NCBI RefSeq assembly: GCF_019464535.1
Contig: NZ_CP080507.1
Span: 60,001-92,000, forward strand
Source of the DNA: Horticoccus luteus
GTDB lineage: Bacteria; Verrucomicrobiota; Verrucomicrobiia; Opitutales; Opitutaceae
Reading direction: 5' to 3'
Length of the DNA: 32,000 nucleotides
The notes under the pieces are model-generated. The model worked only from the letters and a program-made list of their open reading frames with translations, searched no databases and had not been told where the DNA came from. The stretch's first letter is position 1. The number at the start of each line of letters is the position of its first letter. The translations under genes were made by a program, and so were the position numbers. Below, one piece after another: positions 1-7,938 of this stretch.

Positions 1-1096
1 TGTTCGTGCGACCGGCGAGGTCGGTGTGCACGCCGCCGCAGGCGAAGTGCGCGGCGGGAACGACGGGGATGCGTTCGCGCGTGATATCCACGCCGGCGGC
101 GAGGCAGCGGTCATAGATGCTCGGGAAACGTTCGCGCACGAACTCGGGTTTCAGCGCAGAGAGATCGAGGTAGACGCAGGGTTCGCCGGAGGCGGCGAGT
201 TCCTCGCGGATGGCGCGGGCGACGATGTCGCGCGGGGCGAGCGAACCGAGCGGATGTTTGTCATCCATGAAGCGTTGGCCGCGGCCGTTGACGAGCACGG
301 CGCCTTCGCCGCGCAACGCTTCGGTGATGAGGAAACGCTGACCGCCGGCGCCGGCGAAAACGGTCGGGTGGAACTGCACGTATTCGAGGTCGATGAGGCG
401 CGCGCCGACGCGATACGCCATCGCCACGCCGTGGCCGACGCTGCCGGGCTGGTTGGTCGTGTGCAGATAGATTTGGCCGAGGCCGCCGGTCGCGAGAATG
501 GTTTTCTTTGCCACGATCGCGGCGACTTCGCCGGAGTGGGTGTCGAGGACGTAGGCGCCGAAGCAGGTCAGCGGTTCGTATTTGTCGGCGGGGCTGGCGG
601 CGTTGTGCGAGAGGGTGAGCAGGTCGACGGCGACCCAGCCGAGGCGGCGGGTGATGCGAGGTGTGGCATCGACGCGCGCGGCGACGGCGGTGAGGATGGC
701 GTGGCCGGTGGTGTCCTTCGCGTGGATGATGCGGCGGCCGTGGTGGCCGCCTTCGCGGCCGAGATCGAGGTGGCCGGCGGCGTCGCGATCGAAGGGCACG
801 GCGAGTTCATCGAGGAGCAACTCTTTGACGGCGAGCGGGCCCTCGCGGACGAGTTGCTCCACGGCGGCGGGATTCGAGGTGCCGTCGCTGGCGTCGATGA
901 TGTCGCGCGAGAGCTGGGCGGGATCGTGCGCGGTTTCGTAGATGATGCCGCCTTGGGCCCAATCGCTGTTGGCGACGAGCGGGCCGGAGAGCGAGAGGAG
1001 TTCGACGGCGTGGCCGGCGCGCGCGGCGTGCAACGCGTAGGCCGAACCGGCGAGGCCGGCGCCGATGACGAGGCAGTCGGTGGAAAAGGTGCGCAT
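1..1096 (-). CDS. nadB: L-aspartate oxidase, first ~365 codons (3' end runs off the left edge of the window)
   Basis: It is missing from the ORF track only because it has no stop inside the window. My reverse-complement translation from the ATG at 1096-1094 has no stop. It reads MRTFSTDCLVIGAGLAGSAYALHAARAGH...SDWAQGGIIY...LGREGGHHGRRIIHAKDTTGH...ILATGGLGQIYLHTTNQPGSVGHG...YVQFHPT...FLITEALRGEGAVL...PAAHFACGGV. That gives the FAD GxGxxG fold plus NadB/fumarate-reductase flavoprotein landmarks. It is adjacent to nadC. The + ORF 26..1195 is its antisense shadow. Confidence 0.9.
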   Translation of the reverse strand, partial: MRTFSTDCLVIGAGLAGSAYALHAARAGHAVELLSLSGPLVANSDWAQGGIIYETAHDPAQLSRDIIDASDGTSNPAAVEQLVREGPLAVKELLLDELAVPFDRDAAGHLDLGREGGHHGRRIIHAKDTTGHAILTAVAARVDATPRITRRLGWVAVDLLTLSHNAASPADKYEPLTCFGAYVLDTHSGEVAAIVAKKTILATGGLGQIYLHTTNQPGSVGHGVAMAYRVGARLIDLEYVQFHPTVFAGAGGQRFLITEALRGEGAVLVNGRGQRFMDDKHPLGSLAPRDIVARAIREELAASGEPCVYLDLSALKPEFVRERFPSIYDRCLAAGVDITRERIPVVPAAHFACGGVHTDLAGRTN

Positions 1097-1138
1097 GGGA
1101 TTCAGGCGGAAATTGGCGGTGAGGGCGCGTCGCTAAAG

Positions 1139-1162
1139 TTGCGGGGTGAGGGCACCCCGCCT
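1139..1162. repeat. GC-rich palindromic (REP-like) element, copy A
   Basis: Sequence TTGCGGGGTGAGGGCACCCCGCCT. The core GCGGGGTG-AGGG-CACCCCGC (1141-1160) is a perfect 8-bp stem with a 4-nt loop. A near-identical copy lies at 2933-2956. A degenerate half copy GGCGGTGAGGGCG lies at 1115-1127. The element sits in the 82-nt gap between the nadC stop and the nadB start. Confidence 0.5.
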
Positions 1163-1178
1163 ACAGAGGAAGAAGCGA

Positions 1179-2018
1179 TCAGCGGCCGGAGGTGAGCGTC
1201 AGGCTGAGGTCGGCGGCGGGTGCGGAATGCGTCAGTGCGCCGATGCTGATGACGTCGACGCCGGGGAGCGCGTAGTCGCGCAGCGTGGCGAATTTCACGC
1301 CGCCGGAAACTTCCACGCGCGCCGCGCCGGCGATGAGGGCGACGGCGTTGCGCACGAGCGCGGGAGTCATGTTATCGAGCAGGATGACGTCGGCTTTCGC
1401 ACGCAGCGCCTCGCGCACTTCGCCGAGGGATTTGGCTTCGACCTCGATTCGGGCCGTGTGCGGCGCGGCGGCGCGGCAGAGGGCGACGGCTTTCGCGAGC
1501 GAGCCGGCGGCGGCGATGTGGTTGTCTTTGATCAAGACGTGTTCGCCGAGCGAGGAGCGGTGATTGAAGCAGCCGCCGCACCGCACGGCGTATTTTTCGA
1601 GGGCACGCCAGCCGGGGGTGGTTTTACGCGTGTCGACGATGCGGACGCCCGTGCCGTCGACGGCGTCGGCAAACGCGCGCGCCTGCGTGGCGATGCCGGA
1701 GAGACGTTGGAGGAAATTGAGGGCGGTGCGTTCGGCGGTGAGCAGCGCGGCGGTGGGGCCGGCGGTGCGCAGGACGACCGCGCCGGGTTTCAGGCGCTGG
1801 CCGTCGGCGGCGGTGAGTTTGACCTTCAGCGCGGGATCGACGCGGGTGAAGACGGCGGCGGCGACGTCGAGGCCGCAGGCGACGAGCGGTTGCTCGGCGG
1901 AAATGAAGGCGCGTGATTGGTGGCGGCCGGGAAAAATCGCGCGGCTCGTGAGGTCGCCGAGTCCGGCGTCTTCTTCCAAGGCGAGGTCGATGAGGTGCGA
2001 AGTGCGCGGAGTCAGCAT
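1179..2018 (-). CDS. nadC: Nicotinate-nucleotide pyrophosphorylase (quinolinate phosphoribosyltransferase)
   Basis: Track ORF 1179..2066. Family landmarks seen: LALEEDAGLGDLTS, ERTALNFLQRLSGIAT, DTRKTTPGWRALEKYAVRCGG..NHR, VLIKDNH, LLDNM, EVSGG. I place the start at ATG 2018 (MLTPRTSHLIDLALEED). The upstream ATG at 2066 remains possible. Confidence 0.9.
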   Translation of the reverse strand: MLTPRTSHLIDLALEEDAGLGDLTSRAIFPGRHQSRAFISAEQPLVACGLDVAAAVFTRVDPALKVKLTAADGQRLKPGAVVLRTAGPTAALLTAERTALNFLQRLSGIATQARAFADAVDGTGVRIVDTRKTTPGWRALEKYAVRCGGCFNHRSSLGEHVLIKDNHIAAAGSLAKAVALCRAAAPHTARIEVEAKSLGEVREALRAKADVILLDNMTPALVRNAVALIAGAARVEVSGGVKFATLRDYALPGVDVISIGALTHSAPAADLSLTLTSGR

Positions 2019-2132
2019 GGCGAAAGGGAGAACGTGAGCGCATCCGCGCGGCGCGTCAAAGCGCATGACGGGCCGGCGGTCGGGGCGAAACAGATTCTTG
2101 CCGCGAGGTGGCGCGAGGCGTGAGATGGCATC

Positions 2133-2855
2133 ATGACACGTGCCTGCCTGACCTTCGCGTTGAGTGGACTGTTGCTGTTATCCGCGCCTCTCGCCCTCGC
2201 GGGATCGCCGGCGGATGTGGGACTCGCCCGCGAAGATCATCAGCAGGAGCACGAGGCGTTTCTGCAACGCGGGCGCAGCGGGCCGATCGGGGTGTTGTTC
2301 CTCGGCGACTCGATCACGGCGGGTTGGAAAAAGGTGCCGGACATTTGGGAGAAAAACTTCGGGGCGTGGGCCCCGGCGAATTTCGGGATTGGCGGCGACA
2401 AGACGGAAAACGTCATCTGGCGCATCGAGCACGGCGAACTCGACGGCCTCCATCCGCGCGTCGTCGTGCTGCTGATTGGCACGAACAATTCCGCGAAGAA
2501 CACGGCGCCGGAAATTGTGGGAGGGATTCGCAAGATTGTGGACGAGATCAAGGCGCGTCTGCCGGAGACGAAAGTGCTGTTGCTGGCGATTTTCCCGCGC
2601 GGGCCGCGCACGACCAAGACCGGCCAGGCGGAGGATTGGGAGAGCCGCATGGCGGTGATCAAGGCGGTGAACCGCGAGCTGCCGAAGCTCGCCGATGGGA
2701 AACGCGTGCGGTTTCTCGATGTGAATCACGTTTTCCTCGCGCCGGACGGCACGATTCCGAAGGAGCTTATGCCAGAGCAACTGCATCCGGTGCGCGCAGG
2801 TTACGAGCGCTGGACGGCGGCGATGATGCCGACGCTGCGCGAGATGATGCGGTAG
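2133..2855 (+). CDS. Secreted SGNH/GDSL-family hydrolase (PAF-acetylhydrolase-Ib-like esterase)
   Basis: Signal peptide MTRACLTFALSGLLLLSAPLALAG. SGNH blocks are present: FLGDSIT (Ser), GIGGD (Gly), LIGTNN (Asn) and a final EQLH block. In that last block Glu (2775-2777) sits where Asp of the usual DxxH is expected. Confidence 0.85.
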   Translation: MTRACLTFALSGLLLLSAPLALAGSPADVGLAREDHQQEHEAFLQRGRSGPIGVLFLGDSITAGWKKVPDIWEKNFGAWAPANFGIGGDKTENVIWRIEHGELDGLHPRVVVLLIGTNNSAKNTAPEIVGGIRKIVDEIKARLPETKVLLLAIFPRGPRTTKTGQAEDWESRMAVIKAVNRELPKLADGKRVRFLDVNHVFLAPDGTIPKELMPEQLHPVRAGYERWTAAMMPTLREMMR

Positions 2856-2932
2856 AGTTTGCCGCGAATGGCGCGAAGGACGAGAAGGGCGGAGTGAGGG
2901 CGGGGCTAGGGGCGCGTGCGGGCGCGGCGAGA

Positions 2933-2956
2933 TTGCGGGGTGAGGGCACCCGGCCT
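2933..2956. repeat. GC-rich palindromic (REP-like) element, copy B
   Basis: Sequence TTGCGGGGTGAGGGCACCCGGCCT, 23/24 identical to 1139-1162. The single difference removes one stem pair. A degenerate half copy GGCGGAGTGAGGGCG lies at 2888-2902. The element lies in the convergent gap between the SGNH gene and nadA. Confidence 0.5.
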
Positions 2957-3023
2957 GCATTTCCTGCATGGCGGTGGTTGACGCGAACGAGCGCGGACTA
3001 CGGCGGGCGTTCGACCGGGCGGG

Positions 3024-4085
3024 CTACTTCGCGGGAGTGAGTTCGAACATGCGCTCGATACAGCGGGAGGCGCGGAGGCGGATGTCTTCGTCGAGCGTCA
3101 CGATCTGATCGGGCCGCGGGGCGAGGAGGGCGTCGCGGATTTTTTCCAGCGAGTTGAGCTTCATGTAGGGGCACAGGCGGCAGCCGCCGATGAAGTTTTT
3201 CTCCGGCGACTCGACTTCGAGGCGGCCGACGAGGCCGCACTCGGTGAGCATCAGGAAGTAGGGCGCGGCCGTGGTTTTCACGTAGGCCATCATGGCGCCG
3301 GTGCTGCCTACGAAATCAGCCGCGGCGGCGACTTCGCGCGTGCACTCGGGATGGGCGACGACTTTGAGGCCGGGAAATTGCGCGCGGGCCTCGGCGATTT
3401 GCGCCACGGTAAACTCGTCGTGGACCATGCACGTGCCGTCGGAGGAGATGACGTCCTTGTCGACGCCGCGCGCCTTCAATTCGGCGCGGAGGTTTTGCGC
3501 CATCAGGCGGTCAGGCACGAAGAGGATGCGGCGCGCGGGGAGGTTTGCGACGATGTCGTAAACGTTGCCCGAGGTGACGCAGACGTCGGACTCGGCCTTC
3601 ACCTCCGCGGTGCTGTTGATGTAGCAGACGACGGTGGCGTCGGGATAAACCGATTTCAGGCGGCGAAGTTCGTCGCCCGTGATCGAATCGGCGAGGGAGC
3701 AGCCGGAGCCGCGATCGGGAACGATGACGGTGGCTTGGGGCGAGAGAATCTTCGCGGTCTCCGCCATGAAGACGACGCCGGCGAAGAGGATGATGTCGGC
3801 GTGGGCGTTTTTCGCCTGCTGGGCGAGGTAGTAGGAATCGCCTTTGAAATCGCCGACGCCGTAAACGATCTCGGGCTCGACGTAGGAGTGCGTGAGGATG
3901 ACGGCGTTTTTCTCGCGTTTGAGGCGGTTGATTTCGAGCGTGAGGGGCGCGATCTCGCGGCAGGTGTCGAGGTTCCACGTGCGGCCGCGCGGGTCGCATT
4001 CGACGTGCAGGAGGGCGCGCAAGAGCCGGTCGGTCTCGGCTTCGAGTTCGGCGGGAGTGAAAGGAGAGTCAACGCGTGCAACCAT
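3024..4085 (-). CDS. nadA: Quinolinate synthase
   Basis: The track ORF 3024..4535 is over-extended. Its first 150 residues are Arg/Ala-rich and overlap the divergent + gene. From ATG 4085 the product (354 aa) starts MVARVDSPFTPAELEAE. It carries NadA landmarks: ILTHSY, FMAETAKIL, GCSLAD, YINSTAEVKA, GTCMVHDEF, VVAHPEC, TECG, CRLCPYMK. These include the three conserved Cys regions of the 4Fe-4S site. Confidence 0.9.
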   Translation of the reverse strand: MVARVDSPFTPAELEAETDRLLRALLHVECDPRGRTWNLDTCREIAPLTLEINRLKREKNAVILTHSYVEPEIVYGVGDFKGDSYYLAQQAKNAHADIILFAGVVFMAETAKILSPQATVIVPDRGSGCSLADSITGDELRRLKSVYPDATVVCYINSTAEVKAESDVCVTSGNVYDIVANLPARRILFVPDRLMAQNLRAELKARGVDKDVISSDGTCMVHDEFTVAQIAEARAQFPGLKVVAHPECTREVAAAADFVGSTGAMMAYVKTTAAPYFLMLTECGLVGRLEVESPEKNFIGGCRLCPYMKLNSLEKIRDALLAPRPDQIVTLDEDIRLRASRCIERMFELTPAK

Positions 4086-4212
4086 GAGGAGGGTGCAGCG
4101 TAGAGCGGTTTTCGGGTGCGTCAAAGTCTTGCGGCGGACGGTGCGAGCGATGGGGGCGTGAGAATGTGCGGAACAGCGGCGGGGTGGGTTGTCCATCTTT
4201 GACTCCCGTCCC

Positions 4213-4803
4213 ATGAGCCTGATCAGCGACGCCCTGAAAAAGACCGAGCAACTTCGCCTGGAACAGGCGGGCGTGCTCGCGCCGGGAATCCGCGGTCCGG
4301 CGCGCACACGGCGGGCGGTGCAGGCGGGGACTTTCGGCCAGCCGTCGTCGAAGCTGTTGTATTGCAATGTAGCGTTGTTGTTCGTCGCGCTGATTTTGAT
4401 GGCGGTCGTCCTGCATCGGTCGAACGGCGCAGGGTCGCGCGTTGAAGCGTCGGCGGATTCCGCGGTGGCGACTGATCCGGCGATCGCGGCGCCCGCAACA
4501 ACAACGGCGGTGGCGCCACGGGAGGCGGCGGGCACGGCGGCGGTTGCGCCGACGGCGGAAAGCCCGGACGCGACGGCGCCGGGAATGGTTGAGCCGTTCT
4601 ACGATTTGACGGGAGTGACGGTGATGGGGCAGGCTACGCTGGTGGGACTTATCCGCCGCAGCGATGGACGCAGTTTTTGGGTCAATGTGGGCGAGACGCT
4701 CGGCGGCGTGACGGTCGTGAGCTACGATGCGGCCGCGGAGCGCGCGACGCTGCGGGTGGATGGCCGGCAGGAAATCGCTGCGATGCGCAACGCCTCACCG
4801 TGA
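4213..4803 (+). CDS. Single-pass membrane protein with a GspB-like N-terminus and a PilP/GspC-like C-terminal beta domain (hypothetical)
   Basis: Track ORF 4189..4803. I prefer ATG 4213 because the product then begins MSLISDALKKTEQ, the N-terminal signature I associate with GspB/ExeB-type accessory proteins. It has one TM (LLYCNVALLFVALILMAVVL) and an Ala/Thr/Pro-rich linker. It ends in a ~70-aa beta-rich domain (FYDLTGVTVMG...FWVNVGETLGGVTVVSYD...ATLRVDG). The family call is from memory only. Confidence 0.6.
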   Translation: MSLISDALKKTEQLRLEQAGVLAPGIRGPARTRRAVQAGTFGQPSSKLLYCNVALLFVALILMAVVLHRSNGAGSRVEASADSAVATDPAIAAPATTTAVAPREAAGTAAVAPTAESPDATAPGMVEPFYDLTGVTVMGQATLVGLIRRSDGRSFWVNVGETLGGVTVVSYDAAAERATLRVDGRQEIAAMRNASP

Positions 4804-5561
4804 GCCGCTCCGCTCCGCGCAAAGGTCAACGGCGCAGCGCACGCCGTCCCAAACAGAGCGAGCAGCCCGCGACGGGCAAAAGCCCGACGTGGCGGGAGCG
4901 GCTGCGGAACGTGACGAAGCGTCAGTGGATTTCGGCAGCCGTGGTGGTGCTGGCGCTGATCGGCATCGCGTGGCTTTACCATCACATCGACATCGATGCG
5001 GTGCACGACCGGGCGCAACGGCTCAACGGCTGGCTGGTGTTTGTGTTGATCACGGTGCTGCCGCTGCTGGGCTTTCCCATCACGATTGCGCACGCGGTGG
5101 CGGGCGTGAAATTCGGCATGGGGCTGGGCCTGGCGCTCGTGTCCGTCTCGATCCTGCTGCAACTGCTGATCAGCTACGGGCTCGTGCATCTGTTTCGCGA
5201 TGTGTTTGCGCGGCGTTTGAAGAAAGTGCGGCGCCAGCTTCCGAAGGGGGCGAACGGACCGGTGACGCTGTTCACCGTGCTGCTGCCGGGCGTGCCCTAT
5301 TTCGCGAAAAACTACGTGATTCCGGTGATGGGCGTGCCGCTGCGGACGTTTCTGTTGTGGGCGTTTCCGGTGCACGTGGCGCGCTCGAGCATCGCGATTT
5401 TCTTCGGCGACAAGAGCGATGATCTCACGCCGGGGCGGATCACGTTTTTCGTGATCTACGCGATCGTGATCACCGTGGGTTGCGGGTGGGCGTTTCGACG
5501 GCTGCGGTCGCAGCTTCAAGGTCCACAATCAAAGGAAGATGATCCGAAGCGCGGTGCGTGA
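4800..5561 (+). CDS. TVP38/TMEM64 (DedA-superfamily, SNARE-associated) integral membrane protein
   Basis: Track ORF 4677..5561, but its first 41 codons overlap the upstream gene. An in-frame GTG at 4800 overlaps the upstream TGA (GTGA, 4800-4803). The product has a basic N-terminus followed by 5-6 hydrophobic helices. The family core PLLGFPITIAHAVAGVKFGMGLGLALVSVSILLQLLISYGLVHLFR is present. Confidence 0.8.
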   Translation: MSRSAPRKGQRRSARRPKQSEQPATGKSPTWRERLRNVTKRQWISAAVVVLALIGIAWLYHHIDIDAVHDRAQRLNGWLVFVLITVLPLLGFPITIAHAVAGVKFGMGLGLALVSVSILLQLLISYGLVHLFRDVFARRLKKVRRQLPKGANGPVTLFTVLLPGVPYFAKNYVIPVMGVPLRTFLLWAFPVHVARSSIAIFFGDKSDDLTPGRITFFVIYAIVITVGCGWAFRRLRSQLQGPQSKEDDPKRGA

Positions 5562-7938
5562 GGTCGTTGCGTGGCACGAAGACGTGGGTCGGCTGAAAGT
5601 GCGCGGAGACGAAGATGTGATCGATGCGCATAAACGGGCGCAGCGAGGAAAACGTCTTTAACGGCCGGTGTTCGCGGCGGATCGTCTGCACGTCGCGCAG
5701 GCGCCGGAGCGCGAGAGAGTAGGGCGCGCTGCCGGGGCTGAGATTCATGTCGCCGCAAATCATCACCGGCTCGGCGTCGATCACGGGGCCGAGCCATTCG
5801 TCGCTGAGGAGCGCGCGCATTTGCAGCAGGCGTTCCTTGGGGCCGAGGCCGAGGTGGGTCGTGACGATGTTGACGGTGGCTTCGCCGATGCGCACGCGGC
5901 CCCAGATCGCGGAGCGCGGTTCGCGCCACCAGCTCTTGTGATCGGCGGGCAGCAGCGCGCGCCGCACGACCTCGACGGGCCAGCGGCTGAGCAGGGCATG
6001 CCCGTAGTGTTCCTCGCCCCGGGTGATCGTGGGGCAGAACACGACGTGCAACCCGAGCTCTTCGGCGATGATGCGGGCCTGATCCTCGGCGCGGGAGCGT
6101 CGGCGGCCGAGGTCGAGTTCCTGCAGCGCGACAATGTCGGGCTCGTGCGCACCGATGACGCGTGCGATGCGGCGCGGCGAGACGCGGCCATCCATGCCGG
6201 AGCAGCCGTGCGTGTTGTAAGTCATGACGCGCAAGCGTAATTCGGTGCCGCGTGTGACGATGGCGCGGGGGATGGCTTCGCGGCCGAGGTGATGGCGCGC
6301 CGCGGCGCGCAGGGCGGAGGGGCGCACGAAGTCAGTGGATTCCGCCGGCAGGCGCGTGCGCGGCGGCAGGAGGAGAAAGCCGCGGGATTCTTCGGGGCCG
6401 AAGCCGCCGTGCGCGCCATGCTCGGCCGCGAACGACCACGGGATGTCCCACGGCACCCAGCCGAAGGCGATGAGATCGCCGGCGTTGGGGCGGCCGCAAA
6501 AATAGACGAGATCCTTGGTGATTTCCGCGGCGATCGCGGGCGCGTGCGGCAGCAGGGCGGGCAGCTCGTCGGGGATGCGTGTTTCGCCGTGGCCGTGCAC
6601 CCAGATGAGCTGTTCGCCGCGCCGCACGATGACGCCGGGCACGTGAAATTGATCGACGAGCCGCCGCGCAATGGCGTGCCGCTGATCGTCGGTCAACGGC
6701 TCGGCGAAATAGATGTGGCCGACGGGGCCCATGTCGGCGACGACGAGACCGTGCGCGGCGACCGTGCCGGCGATCGCTTGCTCCAGATTCGGTTTCGAGA
6801 CCGGCCGGGCGCGCGAGCCGACGAGGCCGCGCACGGTGCGTTCGGGGATGCGTTTCGTCCACGCCGGGTCTTGTTCGCGGGCGAGTTCGAGGCAGGAGCT
6901 GACGGCCGCGGTGAGGCCGCCGGGATAGACGAGCGGATACGGGCGGGTGTGTTCCTGTCCATGGTCGGAGAAAATCCACACGGCGTAGTCGCGGCGATTG
7001 GAGCGGTGCGCGGCGCGCACGAGGTGCTTGATGGCGCGATCGATGCCGTGCAGCGACCAGTGCGCGAAACGGGAACCGGGGCCGCGGGCGTGGGCCTGTT
7101 CGTCGTAGCCGACGAAGTTGAGATGCACGATCGGGAGCCCGCGCGTGACGTCGATCTGCCCGCTGATCATGAGCAATTCGCGCAGGCCGACGCCGATGAA
7201 GACGCGGGAGGCGAGGAGGGTGAGTTCGAGGCCGACTTTGCGGCCATGCACGATGCCTTTGGCGGCATCCCAGACGGCGACGGCGAACTCGACGATCAGC
7301 AGCCACGCGATGCGGATCGCCGAAGGCAGGTGAAAAATGATGAAGAGGAAAATATTCCGGATTTTGCCGGTGCGCCACATGTCGCCGAAGCCGATGCTGG
7401 CGGCGCAAAAGTGGCTTTCATCCTGGCCGGCGCCACCGGTGTAAATGTTGGACCAACTGCTGCCGCCGGTGAGGAGACCTTCGCCGCCGACCGCGGCGCA
7501 ATCGGCCTCGGCGGACTTGGCCCATTCGGAATCATACATCCGGCCCAATTCGCCGCGCTTGCGGTCGAAAAAACTAAACGCAGGCACGGCGGAGTGAACG
7601 CCGTAGAACAGCTCGGCCTGCACCGCCGGCGTGGTGGAAGGGATGCCGGGATAGAACGTGCGCATCTCGTAACCCTCGCGGCGAATGAGGCGTTGCAGGA
7701 AAGGCATGCGGCGATGCGCGAGCGCGCGCTCCAGTTGCGTGCGCGCGAAGCCATCGATCTGGATGAGAAGGAGGCCGGGCTCCTCGCTGGTGCCTTCGGA
7801 CGGCGTGAGGCCGAGGTGGCGGATGGCCCACTCGCTGCGGCTGAGGCGACGCCGCCAGCGGCGGGCGATGGATTCGATACCGGCGAACATACGGGGCCGA
7901 TCAGGAGGCGGCCGCTTCGCCGTCGCTGCGCATGGCAT
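5470..7938 (-). CDS. Fusion protein: alkaline-phosphatase-superfamily phosphodiesterase (NPP-like, with an internal membrane hairpin) + endonuclease/exonuclease/phosphatase (EEP) domain
   Basis: One uninterrupted 822-aa ORF. Residues ~55-525 carry NPP/AP landmarks: IQIDGF (metal Asp), GIPSTTPAVQ (Thr nucleophile), NFVGYDEQAH, IFSDHGQ, AEHGAHGGFGPEE..GFLLL. A hydrophobic insertion lies at residues ~195-258 (nt 7165-7356: IFLFIIFHLPSAIRIAWLLIVEFAVAVW, LELTLLASRVFIGVGL). Residues ~568-806 (nt 5521-6237) carry EEP landmarks: VMTYNTHG, DIVALQEL, VTTHL, CGDMN, RIDHIF, SDHLPL. An alternative start at ATG 7890 (MFAGIESIARRW) would remove the 38-nt overlap with the GT4 gene. Confidence 0.85.
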   Translation of the reverse strand: MPCAATAKRPPPDRPRMFAGIESIARRWRRRLSRSEWAIRHLGLTPSEGTSEEPGLLLIQIDGFARTQLERALAHRRMPFLQRLIRREGYEMRTFYPGIPSTTPAVQAELFYGVHSAVPAFSFFDRKRGELGRMYDSEWAKSAEADCAAVGGEGLLTGGSSWSNIYTGGAGQDESHFCAASIGFGDMWRTGKIRNIFLFIIFHLPSAIRIAWLLIVEFAVAVWDAAKGIVHGRKVGLELTLLASRVFIGVGLRELLMISGQIDVTRGLPIVHLNFVGYDEQAHARGPGSRFAHWSLHGIDRAIKHLVRAAHRSNRRDYAVWIFSDHGQEHTRPYPLVYPGGLTAAVSSCLELAREQDPAWTKRIPERTVRGLVGSRARPVSKPNLEQAIAGTVAAHGLVVADMGPVGHIYFAEPLTDDQRHAIARRLVDQFHVPGVIVRRGEQLIWVHGHGETRIPDELPALLPHAPAIAAEITKDLVYFCGRPNAGDLIAFGWVPWDIPWSFAAEHGAHGGFGPEESRGFLLLPPRTRLPAESTDFVRPSALRAAARHHLGREAIPRAIVTRGTELRLRVMTYNTHGCSGMDGRVSPRRIARVIGAHEPDIVALQELDLGRRRSRAEDQARIIAEELGLHVVFCPTITRGEEHYGHALLSRWPVEVVRRALLPADHKSWWREPRSAIWGRVRIGEATVNIVTTHLGLGPKERLLQMRALLSDEWLGPVIDAEPVMICGDMNLSPGSAPYSLALRRLRDVQTIRREHRPLKTFSSLRPFMRIDHIFVSAHFQPTHVFVPRNDLTHRASDHLPLIVDLEAATAAVETPTRNPR

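Noticed and set aside
26-1195. A 389-aa + strand ORF covering the left end of the window.
   Set aside because: Its product is Ala/Gly/Arg/Glu/Asp-rich with no recognisable motif. It lies exactly antisense to a clean L-aspartate oxidase reading frame, so it is a typical high-GC shadow ORF.
4086-4212. A possible NAD+ (nadA-motif) riboswitch in the nadA leader. The minus strand contains GGACAACCCACCCCG (complement of 4180-4191 and flanks), reminiscent of the CAAC..CCCC core I recall for that class.
   Set aside because: I could not find the flanking P1/P1a helices; no complementary GCGG segment follows the C-run. There is no second tandem domain, and the class is known to me only from Acidobacteria. 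An Infernal scan with RF03013 would settle it, but by eye it does not fold.
3024-4535. N-terminal extensions suggested by the ORF track for nadA. The same applies to 7901..9616, 9193..11559, 20346..20813, 21359..22153, 22077..22958 and 27583..29064.
   Set aside because: The extended parts overlap neighbouring genes and are Arg/Pro/Ala-rich. Each is followed by an internal ATG or GTG from which the product aligns with the expected family N-terminus. These internal starts often form ATGA/GTGA overlaps or 4-14-nt gaps with the upstream gene.
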